A stretch of DNA of 62,895 bases, counting the filler, from Bigelowiella natans CCMP2755 (lineage: Eukaryota > Protista > Cercozoa), in NCBI GenBank assembly GCA_000320545.1. It is 7 parts of 7 records of this genome, joined end to end, with 100 filler letters (N's around TTAATTAATTAA, not from the genome) between each part and the next. Parts side by side here need not be neighbours in the genome. Positions count along the whole stretch, not along the records: positions 33,985 to 55,000 come from ADNK01000856.1; positions 55,101 to 57,163 come from ADNK01002384.1; positions 57,264 to 59,804 come from ADNK01002073.1; positions 59,905 to 61,256 come from ADNK01003717.1; 3 more parts are not named here. The stretch is one strand, 5' to 3'. The position numbers were made by a program, and so were the translations under genes. Within the stretch, counting starts at the first letter, position 1, and every line of letters begins with the position of its first letter. Under the pieces are notes generated by a model, which had not been told where the DNA came from, did not search any database, and saw only the letters and a program-made list of their open reading frames with translations. This document shows, in pieces, positions 44,211 to 60,945 of this stretch.

Positions 44211-44297
44211 GCGCTGTAGCCGCCGCTTTGCGTAGCTACATATATATTAGGATGGCATGTGAAAATATGTAATCATCTTATTACATCCGTCTCATGT
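44211..44297 (-). mobile_element. Mini-Helitron-like repeat copy 8
   Basis: Plus strand GCGCTGTAGCCGCCGCTTTGCGTAGCTACA...TTAGGATG...TTATTACATCCGTCTCATG. Confidence 0.7.
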
Positions 44298-44321
44298 AAA
44301 TTTACAAGCATGCAAACACAC

Positions 44322-44676
44322 GGTGCTCATGCAATGTTTGCGTTTTGACACACTTCTAGACTTGATGCCATCTCTGGTGTGCTCTGACTGCTGCTACGTG
44401 CCAGCGTGGTAAGTGATTGTGCACTGTGGTGCACTTGCCATGATGACGTAGTTGTGCCAACATCACGTCCCATGCCATGTGCAACGCATCCATCACAATT
44501 CAAAAAAAAATCCATGGGCTAGACTGCTAAATTTGCAACATGCGAAGATGGCATGTGGCGGCGCAAATAGACACGCTGATGCATCTTGTGTGGTGATAGA
44601 CATGATGTACGTACATAGAATGTGCTAATCAATTGATGTAAATGCAATAGGAGATTTGTTCGTTGATGTGAATGCA
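44322..44676. repeat. Second copy of the 38.2-38.7 kb repeat, with block B inverted and placed before block A
   Basis: Same matches as listed for 38245-38654. Confidence 0.8.
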
Positions 44677-44801
44677 AATCACAGCAAAAGAGTAAACCTT
44701 ATAGGATAGCATGAAGAAAGTAGATATTTACAATTTTTTTAACACAACTTTCGTTCAATCTGCTCTTCCCTTCAATGCTGTTTGAGAGCTGCAAGCTTTA
44801 C

Positions 44802-45520
44802 TCATAGTTTTAATACCTAGGGGAAATAAGGGAGATATACATACATGAGTGTTGCTTCTCCCCGCATCACACCCTGTGCGTGCGCATCAAAAGGGGCTTC
44901 GTGATTTACATTCATTTAAACTGGAAAAATGACTGTGGCAGGGGCATACAGTTTCTCCCCTGATTGCCAGCGTTCTGGTTTTATATCGATGCGTTCTCAT
45001 CGTGTGTGCTACGTCACTACTACATGGTGGTTCATAGTTTTGTCCTTACATTTGTGAAGAAGTCTTTGGCCTTTTCGTAAGCTACGTACCCTGTAAAACC
45101 AAACAAAGAAGGGAGGAACATAGGAAGAAAAATAGAGAAGGTGGGTCAGAAGAGGAGGGGAATGAAAACAACAACAACAATAATAATAATAATGATACCA
45201 TCTGGCTATTGTTCGGAGGAGATGCAACCAAACGTTGACAATATAGCGTGGCGACTTTTTACGTTGATGCTAGCATGCTGAGGGAATAACCCTTGCTTTC
45301 TCCTTTCCCCTTCTTCTCTCCATCATCATACACTAGTATCGTCATCATCATGATCGTGATCATGAGCTACATACTACTGACTACCTATAGCAACGGCAGG
45401 AATTCCCTTAGCGAAATTCGGCCCGATCCCCCTGTAGAAACCCATGGCGCCCTGCATGAACGTGCGTGTGTGTTATCACCCACCGAGGGAATGTTATCAG
45501 CAGCGACAAAACTTAAATAT

Positions 45521-45560
<40 letters not shown>

Positions 45561-45726
45561 TCATACTCACATCACTACAACCTCTTCTTTCATGACGTGC
45601 GCCACGCAGTCTCCCATACCGTTGAAGACTGGCTTTCCTGGTAAACTAGTAATATGGAGAAAGGAAGCAAAGCAATAGCAGCGAGGGAAGCACGTTCATC
45701 AATATGCATCCAAAATGCATCTGGCA

Positions 45727-45764
<38 letters not shown>

Positions 45765-45794
45765 GGGAGAAAGAGAGAGAGGGAGAGAGAGAGC

Positions 45795-45866
<72 letters not shown>

Positions 45867-46877
45867 AGGTATGTATGGTATGATTGCTCTGTGCTTTGCT
45901 TTCCAACTCCCCATACATAAGCCGATTACTGATCGGTGCTGTCGATGCATTCTCCATTATAACAACAACAAAAACAACAACAACAACAACCCAGAGGACT
46001 GCAGCTTCGTGCGCACTAGCTGAAGTGGATACGCGACGATCTGGGCAAGAGTGATGATAATGACGATGATGGTGATGACGATGATGATGATGAGGACGGC
46101 AACAACGATTGTGCTAATAAAACAGGGATCAGACAAGCAGGAGCTTCTTGCCCTTCTACCACGCTCTTGCCCTCATGCTGCTGCTGTTACTGCTGTTTCT
46201 GCTGCTGCTACTACTACTACTACTACTACTACTACCTGGCCGCAGAAAGAGGAGAAAGCACCCATCGTCAACGTCTCGTACCTTTGATGATACCACGACA
46301 ATGATAGAAATACAAAGCAATTAAGAGCCGCATGCGACTACGGAGCCATGCTTGGTTATAGTGAAACAGGAAATTATTTCACCAGCGAGCGCGTGCACAT
46401 ACACATACATGCACACGACGTATGTTCGTTTATCAGGTAGTTGCTTGTTGTTTCTCTTCTTCTTCTTCTTCTTCTTCTTCTTCTTCTTCTTCTTCCTCCG
46501 TGGTTTGCAACCAGCCATGATCTCTTGTTTACTAATGAAGTGTGTATCCAGCCAACTACTACCATGCAGGTTTCTTGTTGGGATTTTGTGCGATCCACCT
46601 ATCCTTGACAGTACCATATACTGCAAGGTCCACGCCCTGTAGTGTGCGTGAGTGTGTGCGTGTGTACGTGTATGAGTGAGAGCATGTGTACAGAAAGGGA
46701 GATTGTATGCGAGAAAGAGAACATAGTCATTGGAACATGTCAAACATACGCGTGGTCCTCATTTCACCGTCGCAGATAGCTATATAGCAGCAAAAAGTAG
46801 TAATATGTGCACCTACCGCGTATGGAATAATCCCAATATTTGATGCGCCAAGCCCTACCATATATATACATATTTAT

Positions 46878-46910
<33 letters not shown>

Positions 46911-47274
46911 TATTTATATTATTAGATATGGTCACAAAAGAAATAAGAGAAGAGTGCCATATCTATGTTCTCTACTCCCGCTGCTGCTTACTTACTCAAT
47001 TCTACTCCTGTTCTAGCGAGGGTGCAGGGTTGAGGGGGGGGAGAGAGCGTTTGGAGAGGAAGAGGGGAAGAGTGGAAGAGCGGCACTTTTACCTTTATAA
47101 AGGGCACCGAGTCCCTCATTCTGCATGATCTTTGAAAAACAACCAATAATGCCCGAATATGTGCCTGGTGAGTGATGACGATGATGAGGCAGAGCTTGCA
47201 GCAAGGGAGAGTGGAATCACGACTATGGCGATATCACTCTACATTAACTACGTGTCTTTGTAAAATATATGTAT

Positions 47275-47319
<45 letters not shown>

Positions 47320-48205
47320 TATGTTACACGCGCACCTGGAGCGGAAATCGCCATTCTCGTCTTCACTACTTCCATAGGATATATCACGGTTTGCGCCATC
47401 ATCCCCGCGAGGCTGATTGCGGAATGGAGAAAGATAGGCCATTCAGCACCAACGTCGTAAATCGTGCGCATCGTCGAGGACCGCGATACAAAGGAAGAAT
47501 CTTTGAGAGTTGTTTGTTTGCTGCTGCTTACTACCTTCCTGAGAGAAGGCGCTCGTGGATCTTCACATCGGCCGGATCTGCGATGATCTGCGTCGGACAA
47601 CAAAGTGCATTTCGCTACTGTTTTGAGGAGGATTTGCGGCTACGACGACGATGACGACAACAACAACGGCGGACGGACAGCTACCTGCTGCTTCAAGTAC
47701 TCATAGCAGTAGAACTTGGCCGCGCTTTCCGGCATGATCTTGATCACGTTTGCACCTAGGCATTGACTGGATTAGTGATGTACTGGCATTGCGATAGTAG
47801 CGGGTAGGAGCTTCATAGTAGTTGTGGCTTGGAGCTGCTTTTTGATGGCTTCGTGTGTTTTCTCTGCGTTCCTCTGTTCCCTCTCCTATATGAATCAATG
47901 ATATCCTCCTCCTCCTCCTCCTCCTCCTCCTAGATATGAAATTGAGTTCTTTCAACCGTTGCCCCTCCAGAATGCCGCCAGACCACCCTCTGCGTACACC
48001 TCCTTGATGACCTATAGCAGCACCACCAGCAGCAGCGGTAGTACAAATTAGCAGCAGCTACAAAGGTGTGTTATTATTATTACTATTGTTAATAGTAGTT
48101 GTATGGGTGTGGATATACCTGTCCAATACGCGTGCCCTTCCCGCCAGACTGCATCATCATCTGAGAAGAAGCAGTAATGGTGGTGTGGGCTCGAGCACAA
48201 TTGTG

Positions 48206-48243
<38 letters not shown>

Positions 48244-48764
48244 ACGTAATCATCATTTTCGAACGAATGCTGCCGTGTTGCTTCTGGTATGTGCCAACCA
48301 CACACACACACACACACACACACAAACGAACGAAGATAGAAAGCGAGCAAGAGAGCGAGAGAGAAGCATATCACCGATCGTGACACATGAATCATACCTT
48401 GATCCTATCCGCAGGTGCTGTTAACGTCCGCGATACGAAACCCGCGACACCACCTAATACATCATATTGCCGATATCTTGTTATTTCTAATGATGGTGAC
48501 GATAGTGATGATGGTGATGGTGATGATGATGATTATGATGATGACGAAATATATCTTGACCATTGCGCGTGTAATTGCGTATGTTAGCCCATCATGCCCT
48601 ATCAGGCAATGTCGCTACTAATTCGGTCGGTCGGTATATGTAAAGCAGCATTGTGGCAATAGCGGCAACCCACCAATCCTCATCATCAAAATCATCATCA
48701 TCACAATTGCTGCTAGTGCAAGTAAGTGCCACTATTGCTACCGTCACTACTCCTACCGCTAAAC

Positions 48765-48797
<33 letters not shown>

Positions 48798-48903
48798 CTA
48801 CTCCTACCAGAAAGAAACACATTCAGGGGACTAGTTTGTGACTTGTGGCTGCTCTCGGACTTAGGAATCCCATAGTAACCTATCGGAGTGGGGAGAGGAG
48901 TAT

Positions 48904-48946
<43 letters not shown>

Positions 48947-49428
48947 GGGGAAGGGGAAGGGATGTTTTTTAGGTGTTAGAGAGATTGTTAAAGGGGGGGG
49001 GAGCAAAGATATGACGGCAAACTGGTGCTGCATTTTCTTTCTTCAACCTCCGTGTCAAGAGCTGACGGTTTCAACGTCACCCCCATCACCACGATCGATC
49101 CCACCATAACCATCATATTAACCACCATATTTCGCCATCCTCATTTTCGGGTGTGTGTCGTTTGTATGGCACATACCAAAGACGAAGTCGTCTGTTGCTG
49201 TGTCTAAAATCCTGGCGACTTTCATCGATGGAAACTACATTTGAGGTGGTGGTGGTAGTTAGTTGTTGTTTGGAGCAGGGGGGCGGAGAGAAAAAGAGCA
49301 TACGGACAACGGACTAATGTCCAAAGGAGGTTTCCATTGTGTCTTTCTGAGGACATCTATCAATTCTCCCCATGCGTTTTATGTAAACAGGTTTCCATTT
49401 CTTACTCAAAGTTTGTGCGTTGCCAATT

Positions 49429-49460
<32 letters not shown>

Positions 49461-51251
49461 TATCCATCGTGAGCAGCAACGCAGTCCAACAACTGCCCTT
49501 ATGAGTCACAGGAATATGCTTCATCTACCAGCATAGTTATCCGCTGAAACTCCTCAAAACAGACTTCTCCGTCCTATTGAACGAAAGAAACAAATAATCA
49601 ATAATGCTCGTTTAGACAGAGTCGCATACGAAGAATCAGCCAATATGAAATGCCTATTTCGCGAGTAATCATAAACAAGTTGTTTGAGTGTATGGTCGTA
49701 TTATTGATAATCCAATGATATCAGCCACCACCGCATTCCTCATACTACCCCATTTTTGTCGAAATGCTTGATAATTTTCCTGACTTTGGACTTTGTCGCC
49801 TAAATTTTCAAATCACAACAACCAACGGGAGAAAGTGGATAGAACCAATTAGTGTGTACGAGCGTGCGCTCGTGTGCGTGCGTAGAGGAAAAAAATAGAT
49901 GGCCTGGCATCAATGGATTATGCAGAGATGTCCTCAGCTCTTTATGTGGTATTTATAATGTTTATAGTTTTCCATCATTAGTGAATCTTCTTATAGCTTG
50001 CACTTCTTCACCGAAAGTCCATATTCTTTGAGGGCCTCTAGAAGATTTTCCTCCGATATTTTGCCCGACCCGTCCTGGCAGCAACACAACATCAGCGATG
50101 AGATATTGCTGGTGAAGGGGTTTCTGTTGTATGCACTCGTGTGTGCACAACAAAGAGTTATTATTCCCGGCCGTCCTGCGCTACTGCTACTACTACTACT
50201 ACCACCACTACTACTACACACGACCTTGTCCATGCTGTCGAATATCTTCTGGAGCTCTCCATTGCGGTACACTGCGAAGTTCTTAAACTCTTCAAACTTG
50301 ATCTTGCCTGGAGGTATTTATGAGAGGTTATATGTCTTTTTGCTATGATCTAAGCAAGTCTACGGGAAGACTACATGTTTGCATGGGGAAAACTGTGCCT
50401 GAGTCAACTTTTTTTTATTAATTTAAGATATGTGTGATATAAGGTATTGCATTTGAAACACACACACACAGATACACACACCTTAATGATCACGCATATA
50501 TGTATTTCACACTAAATACGTATATCTGTAGTTAGCTGTCTACCGTTGCCGTCTTGATCGTTCTTCAAAACATACTTCCACGTCTTACCACACATTCAAA
50601 CACGGAAGAGCAGCGAATTGAGATACAGCTTGTAAGAGGTCACATAGGTTTTCATACTGTGTTAGACAACACTTTATTACTATCCCTTTGAAACTAAAGC
50701 TACCACCTCCCATGTTACCTTGTCTCCATCCTCGACGCGCAGTCCTACACCATGCACATAGTATTCAACACAACATAATATTGCATTGTGTGAGATGTGG
50801 TAGGCATACACGATTGACAGATACAGACAATAATCTAGCTAGCTCAAAGGGTTGCAATGTTGTCGACCGAGAAGAGAAAGCCCTTGACGAAACTCAGATT
50901 TTGAGATCTCACCGTCCTAAGAAAGCCAGTCACGTACAAGCAAAAACACACCCCACATAGCATGCAGTGACGGAACTGATCAAAACTATAAAAGGGCGGG
51001 GGTTGAAAATTCAGGTGGCTGACCCCATTCCTGTCGAAGTTTTGAAACAGGGTCTTCAGGTCTTCGTCTGCAAGATAGTGCGATCGGTAATGATGATGAT
51101 GATGATGATGAGACGATGATAGCACAGACATAACCATACCAGACAAAACCTTCCGCGACATTGGACTATGCACTGAGCGTTGCGCAACCTGAGATAGAGA
51201 GCAACAACAAGCTGTGTCAGAGTTTCTCGTCGACACTTACAGAGATGTCAT
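44802..51251 (-). CDS. Calcium-binding mitochondrial ATP-Mg/Pi carrier (SCaMC/SLC25A23-25/Sal1-like)
   Basis: EF-hands FDRNG|DGEISKSEF, MDK|DGSGKISEEN and FDKN|..DGEVCFEEF. Carrier repeats SRTLTAPADRIK, FWRGNG|NVIKIMPESAAKFYCYE, QTVIYPMEVVKTRMA, AYPLQLVRTKLQ and YRGIGPNFAKGIPAVAI. Confidence 0.93.
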
Positions 51252-51642
51252 GGATCCTCTTCCCTTCCTTCCCCCTTCGGAAACCCTTGCACCACCTATC
51301 GACTCGTAACCCAGAGGAGAAGCACAAATATCAGGCGGAACACTTCGTATCGGAAGTCCTTTTCTGTTGTCGCAAGCGCAAAATGAATCACAATTCCCAG
51401 TCGGATCATCGGGAAGTCTGAATATCTATCTTATCTACCGGTAATAAAACCTCGAGTCATGACCGGCCAATTCTGAATGGAATGCCGATCTGTGCATGAC
51501 GCATGGCCAAAAACGGGAAGTAATTCGAGTATTCATGCTGAATGGGAAAACACAGGCTATTTTTACCTAAGAGACAGACAAAGGACGTCACGGCTGAATT
51601 TTGCTGGAAATTTCGTCTTTCTGGGGCGTGGTCTGAGCAGTG

Positions 51643-55000
<3,358 letters not shown>

Positions 55001-55100
55001 NNNNNNNNNNNNNNNNNNNNNNNNNNNNNNNNNNNNNNNNNNNNTTAATTAATTAANNNNNNNNNNNNNNNNNNNNNNNNNNNNNNNNNNNNNNNNNNNN

Positions 55101-55142
<42 letters not shown>

Positions 55143-55153
55143 GACAGAGAGAC

Positions 55154-55200
<47 letters not shown>

Positions 55201-55340
55201 CAGAGACAGGGAGACAGAGACAGAGACACAGAGACAGAGAGATGAATGAAGTTTGTTTCATTAGCAAAACATCACGTAACCAGCGATCGTAGCTGTGCAC
55301 ATCGAGATTGATTGCTGTGCTTTGATTATGGCACATAACG

Positions 55341-57030
55341 ATGGATCAGCCGCCGGCGATGGGAGTCACAAGGGAGGTCCTGAGCCGGTCGTTCGGACTT
55401 CGCTTTTGGAGGAGAACCCCCAAAACAGGAAGAGAGCAAGATGAAATGAAAAGGTAAAAAATCCTGATTCGACAAAGCTCACGCCAATAGGAAAACAACT
55501 CACCCGGGATGTAGTATGTGGCACTCACTCCTTAGCGGTTATTTTCCTTCTATAACTATCATTTCATGATGGCAAACACTGCAGGCTGGAGACCCATGAT
55601 AACGTCATAATGCTGTCCGTGTTGGGAGCTAGCGCAATAATGCAGTCCACGGGTAATAATCCTGATGGGTACCAATTTCCGTTCTATCAACAAGTTTTGA
55701 ACGATAATCTTTATATTTTCGCCCATGTATAAGCTACATATATTAAAATGAATTAAACCGAATTTCCCTTGCCCCCCCCCCCCCCCCCCCCTCCAACCTT
55801 ATCCTGCTTTTGAAATATCGTAGATGTGGAAGCAAAACAGAGCCTCGATAGCTCTCCGCTCAGCGCGTTTATATCCGGAAACTTTCCTGAAAATTATGAC
55901 GAGAAGAGGAATCCCATCGTGGTGGAAGTGTCTACCGGGCCAGGTATGCATTGGTCTCCATCATGTCAGTAACGTATCATAACGCTGTATTTGCTCAAAA
56001 TCGTGCATGGTTTTGTAGGTTCCGAGCCGCAGCCCTTTCGCCTTCGAGGAGACAACGGCGAATTCTCTATCCAGGTGGCGGGGGGGGGGGGCAAGGGAAT
56101 AGAGTTCTCTTTGTCTTCGATTTGATTATTGGGGAGGTCCCGCCATCACTCATCGCCGCGGATGTGCGCATTTCGAGGTGAAAGGCCTTTTAGTCATCAA
56201 CTTGTTTCTCTCTATATTTGTTGGCAAGGTGGGGGACGGACAACAAGCCACGATTCTCTGGGAGAAGGTAGTCTCGGTTATTTCTAGCTGGGCCTCTTCC
56301 GCGCACAATGGATCATCGAGCCTTCTCGCATTTAATTTTTTTTAGATATTGCACTATCGTATCCTGACCGTTAACGACGTCTACGAATTGGAAAACCTAG
56401 CTCGCTTTAAGACGTGCGAAGGTCGTTTTCGCTAATGGCAGACATAATAGCGCTCGCACGGCACATCTACCTACGCATTGAACTAGCCAAGCTACTCACA
56501 CGCACACGCATTTTTGCGTCAACCCATCAGCGGCTTTGCGAACGCCCAACTTTTCCACGACTCTGGCTGGGGACTTCGTGTCTCCTTCGTTGCTGTCATC
56601 GTTGGACAAGGGTAGGAGCATAAAGAAGAAGTGTTAGTTCTAATCGCTATACTTCTGCATCATAGAATAACGAATAATAGTCCTTTTCACTTCTCTCCTC
56701 CCCCTCCTCCTGTCGCCCCTTCGCCCCCCCTCCCCCCCCTCCATTTAGGCAAAGCGATGGTTGACACGATGAACAAGGCGGGGATTGATATGGTCATCGT
56801 TTTGCAATTCATGTGAAGGAGAGCCTTGTGCTTGAATCGATGACGGCATAGAGCCTCTCCATTTAGAGAGAAATGCTTTGTTTCTGCTGGCATTCTTTTC
56901 TTCGAGGCGGAGTCCGTACCATCTTAGCAGCACCTGTTGTTGTCATTTGCTGCATGTGTCCATTCGCTAGGTTTGCTTTGGCAATCACGAGGCAGACATT
57001 CCACCCGTGCAAGTAATGCGCCGGATTCGA
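55341..57030 (+). CDS. 5'-nucleotidase/calcineurin-like metallophosphoesterase, N-terminal part (truncated by a gap)
   Basis: RILTVNDVYELENLARFKT|...TLAGDFVSPSLLSSLDKG|KAMVDTMNKAGIDM|VCFGNHEADI. Confidence 0.85.
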
Positions 57031-57583
57031 GCTATGCTAACCATTGCGAAATATAACCTACAATATATGATCATCAACACATGTGCATGTTGCGGAGCTT
57101 TCTTGTCTTCCCTCCCCCCTCTCTCCCCCCTCTCTCTCTTACTCTCTTTCTCTCCCTCTCCCTNNNNNNNNNNNNNNNNNNNNNNNNNNNNNNNNNNNNN
57201 NNNNNNNTTAATTAATTAANNNNNNNNNNNNNNNNNNNNNNNNNNNNNNNNNNNNNNNNNNNNTTTATGAATAACCGCCAGGGAAAAGGGGGGACTTTGG
57301 GGGCCTTCTCAACACTGTTACCCTTCAATGACCACCCCCAAGGGGTTTTTTTGTTTTTTATACTTGTTCAAGTGGGGAGGGGGCCGCTGCGCTTTTTTGC
57401 GGGTCCCTCCTTTTCCCCCTTCTTTTTAAAAAAGGGGTCCTTCTTTTTCTCGCACACAAGCAAGGAGGGGCCGGCGCCCCCACACATCCACACAAGCCGG
57501 ATTTCATATATGAATATAATATATATATATATATATATACATATATAGGTATTATGGAGATAGATTAAATACGTTCTGTGCAG

Positions 57584-58690
57584 ATATTGTACCCAGGAGC
57601 TGGTAACCCTTCTTTTTGTTGGCCAAGTTATTCAAGGCATTCAGGAGGATGTGTTGGTTTCTTTTATCCCCCCCCCCCCTCCCTTCCCCCCCCCCCCCCG
57701 CAGCATCGGAGCAGCATAGCGCACTTGCGGTGTTCAAATATGCAAGGGCGTATTTTAGGCAAGAATATACCGGCGTTATTCCCAAGCTTGATTTTTTATT
57801 ATTCTCGTAGAGCAACAAGGAGATATCCGCAGCTTGCGGAAAGGGAATCCAAGGCCCAGTGGATTTGGGTGATGATGATGATGATATTGCATCAGCATAT
57901 AAACAAATATATATTTATATAATATATATTCACTTAAATGTTATATTATTGTGTTTTGAATAGGATTCTTTCCTCCCAAACCGATGGCAAAGCTCCTTGG
58001 CAATCACCTCAAATCGCCAACCTTCCCCATATGGGTACTTCTGAGCTATGTTTTGGAGAAATGCTCGAAATTGTAGCGGTGTACTCGTTACGCCGACTAC
58101 GATGCGGATAATTGCGATGGCGGTGATGGTGATGATGATGATGATGATGATGATGATGGTGATGAGCTCTGTACTTTCCCGCAATTCATTGGGAAATAAG
58201 GCGAGGATGCGACATCGTGATTGGGTTTGTTACTGCACTCAAAGGCCACTGCATTCGCAAAACCATCATCGTACACTGCGTGCATAAAACAACACGCCGG
58301 TGGTTTCAATGACCGGGACATTGGGGGTTTTCACCCTCAAACGGCCAATGCGTTCGGCTGGGAATTGTCCTTTCACTTCAAACATTATTGTGTGATTTCC
58401 TTATCGACACCGAGTAATATCGCGCACACTTTGCCGTGTTTTGCATCTCCAATAACATTGATCTCTAGGTGGTTTTGGCCAAGTCTCACTACTCTCTCGT
58501 GTTCCTTCCTTCAAAAGACGGTTGATAGGGCAAACGTGGGGGGGTGGGGAGGGGGGGGGGGGAGAGAGAGGGAGAGAAGTTGTGACTGAGCCTCTGTTTT
58601 CTTCTTGTTTGGATGTATATACTTTCGTGGGCTTAAGGCTATGATCCGACGACGTTTGACGTGTTTTCAAAGAATGGGAGAAAGGCGGTG

Positions 58691-58736
<46 letters not shown>

Positions 58737-58835
58737 TGTGTGTGGGTATTGTATACACATAGCTTATGTATTACTGACAAGAAACTTGTTCTTTCATTGG
58801 ATTGGGGGCATAAGAAAAGGGTATAGATGATGGAG

Positions 58836-58866
<31 letters not shown>

Positions 58867-59298
58867 GTTATGGAACTTACGATCGATCTCATATCGGCAA
58901 TAAATAATACTTCTCCTCCTTTGTACAACACTTGACAGCTCACGTTATATCACTACAATGGCCTGAACAGCTTACGATGGCGTGAGCCTCATGATTTCGC
59001 AAAAGACCATAAGAATCTTCGGTGTTACCTTAAAATTGAACATGCTGATGATAGTATCTGCTAGTGTTCTACCCAAAAGATGATTTTTCTTTTACTATCC
59101 TTCTCACTTGTCTCCCCCCCCCCCCCCCCCCCCCTTTGTCGAAAGAGGACTCGCCGAATCACGTGCCGTTGGTATTGATTGTGTGCTCTTTGTTGTTGTT
59201 GTTGTTGTTGTAGGAGCTATAAGGGGCCAAGGATTGCTTATGTAGACTGCTACGGGAACAATACAATAACACACAAATAATATTGAAATCAATCAGAG

Positions 59299-59337
<39 letters not shown>

Positions 59338-59583
59338 AGTGCACGTTCATATTGTTTCATACAGAATGTTTGCTTCCATATTCGAATCCTTTTCCGATAA
59401 ACGTCATCACCACCATCATCCATCATCATCATCATTACTGTTATCATCATCGTCGTCATCATCGACAACGCCACCATCGTCGTCACCATCTCACTCACCC
59501 GCTTGGCGCATCTGACTCTTGCCAGTCGATTTTGAGGCCGAAGAAGTGGGCAATACTGGAAAAGGAACTTCTCTCCAAGATGA
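57584..59583 (+). CDS. MINDY3/4 (FAM188)-family deubiquitinase, internal fragment between two gaps
   Basis: YCTQELVTLLFVG|...KGIQGPVDL|GFF...GNHLKSPTFPIW|VVLAKSHYSLVF (catalytic His)|...LTLYHYNGL. Confidence 0.8.
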
Positions 59584-60134
59584 GTCAGGTGCTGATAACA
59601 ACAGAATGGGGGGAGGGGGGGGGTGGGAGGAGAGTGGTAGGAGAGAGAGAGAGAGAGAGAGAGAGAGTGTGAGTTAGGCAGCCTGTAGGTACTCCTTGCA
59701 TACGTAAGATTCCCCCATTATGCACAGGGCTAATGTGACAATCTGTTACAAATGAAGAATTGGTGTGTTCCCCTATATGGCCACAAAATTGAGGAATTGG
59801 ACGGNNNNNNNNNNNNNNNNNNNNNNNNNNNNNNNNNNNNNNNNNNNNTTAATTAATTAANNNNNNNNNNNNNNNNNNNNNNNNNNNNNNNNNNNNNNNN
59901 NNNNGTTTTTTATTTTGTTAAGCTCAGCAGCTATAGTCACCCATTTAATTCTCTCTCTATATATACACATACATCCTGCTGATATGTCATGTGGATTTTG
60001 AGGCGCCTCAAGGGGAGCAATTGCGCAGTGAAACATGATGAAAAAGCTACGAAGATGAATGGATTTCTCCCCTCCGCTAAACGCAAACGCACTCACACAC
60101 ATCACCTTGCCGTCATCGTCTTTGCGCTCACTAC

Positions 60135-60222
60135 AGACGCGTTGGATGAACTCTAGGAATGGCGCCTCCTCGCTGGCGTTTCTGAGGACAATATCAACAT
60201 CAATGTCAGTATCAATATGTGC

Positions 60223-60264
<42 letters not shown>

Positions 60265-60480
60265 TCAGGAGGAAGAGGACGCCGCTGTACCTTTGCAGGA
60301 TATTTCCGGTAAAAATCTGGAACAGAATATCGTTGCCTTTCGTGTAGGGAGGGATGAGCCAAGGAGTACATTCGTTGTAGGGTGACGATCACACCGCGAA
60401 CAATAATGAAAATTGAAGAATCGCTTCATGTGTGTGGTTGTTTTGTGTGCGAGGTCGGAGGAACTCATCGTCAAATGTGA
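60135..60480 (+). other. Possible coding exons of an unidentified gene
   Basis: AG/GT-bounded open segments such as DQEEEDAAVPLQDISGKNLEQNIVAFR. No confident family assignment. Confidence 0.3.
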
Positions 60481-60864
60481 GTACGCGGCAGATCGGGCTG
60501 CTGGGAGAAAAAAAGAAATGTAGGAATTTCCTAATTTTTTTTTCCAATGGTCTTCCAATGGTCTTTCAACGCTGCCATGGTCATATCTTTTATTTTTTGC
60601 TATGTTTGAGTTGTAGCTGTGGAGCTGATCTATATTGATGTATAGACAAACATCCATGCGTGCACACCCCCCTCCCCCCCCTTTCCCCCCTCCCTATGGT
60701 TGGCTGCTCGGTCGCGCGCACTACTGCTACCTTGGATGTCCACTAGAACCTAGGATGATGATTAGCGGTAAGTGATAATGATGATGATGATGATGATAAT
60801 GATAATGACGAAGGAAAATGATGATGGCAACCCAATGATTCGTGTATAGGCAATGCCAACACAT

Positions 60865-60945
<81 letters not shown>

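Noticed and set aside
34173-51251. Two EF-hand organellar transporters as a functional cluster
   Set aside because: EF-hands are common, an unrelated gene lies between them, and there is no evidence of shared regulation.
51477-51642. ORF-track N-terminus for the FSH1 gene
   Set aside because: The real start is more likely the ATG at 51643 in another frame (MSDAPSLRVLCLHG), spliced to GEIF.
60263-60345. Skp1-like VPL..ISG motif
   Set aside because: Too short, and the flanking exons do not continue a Skp1 alignment.
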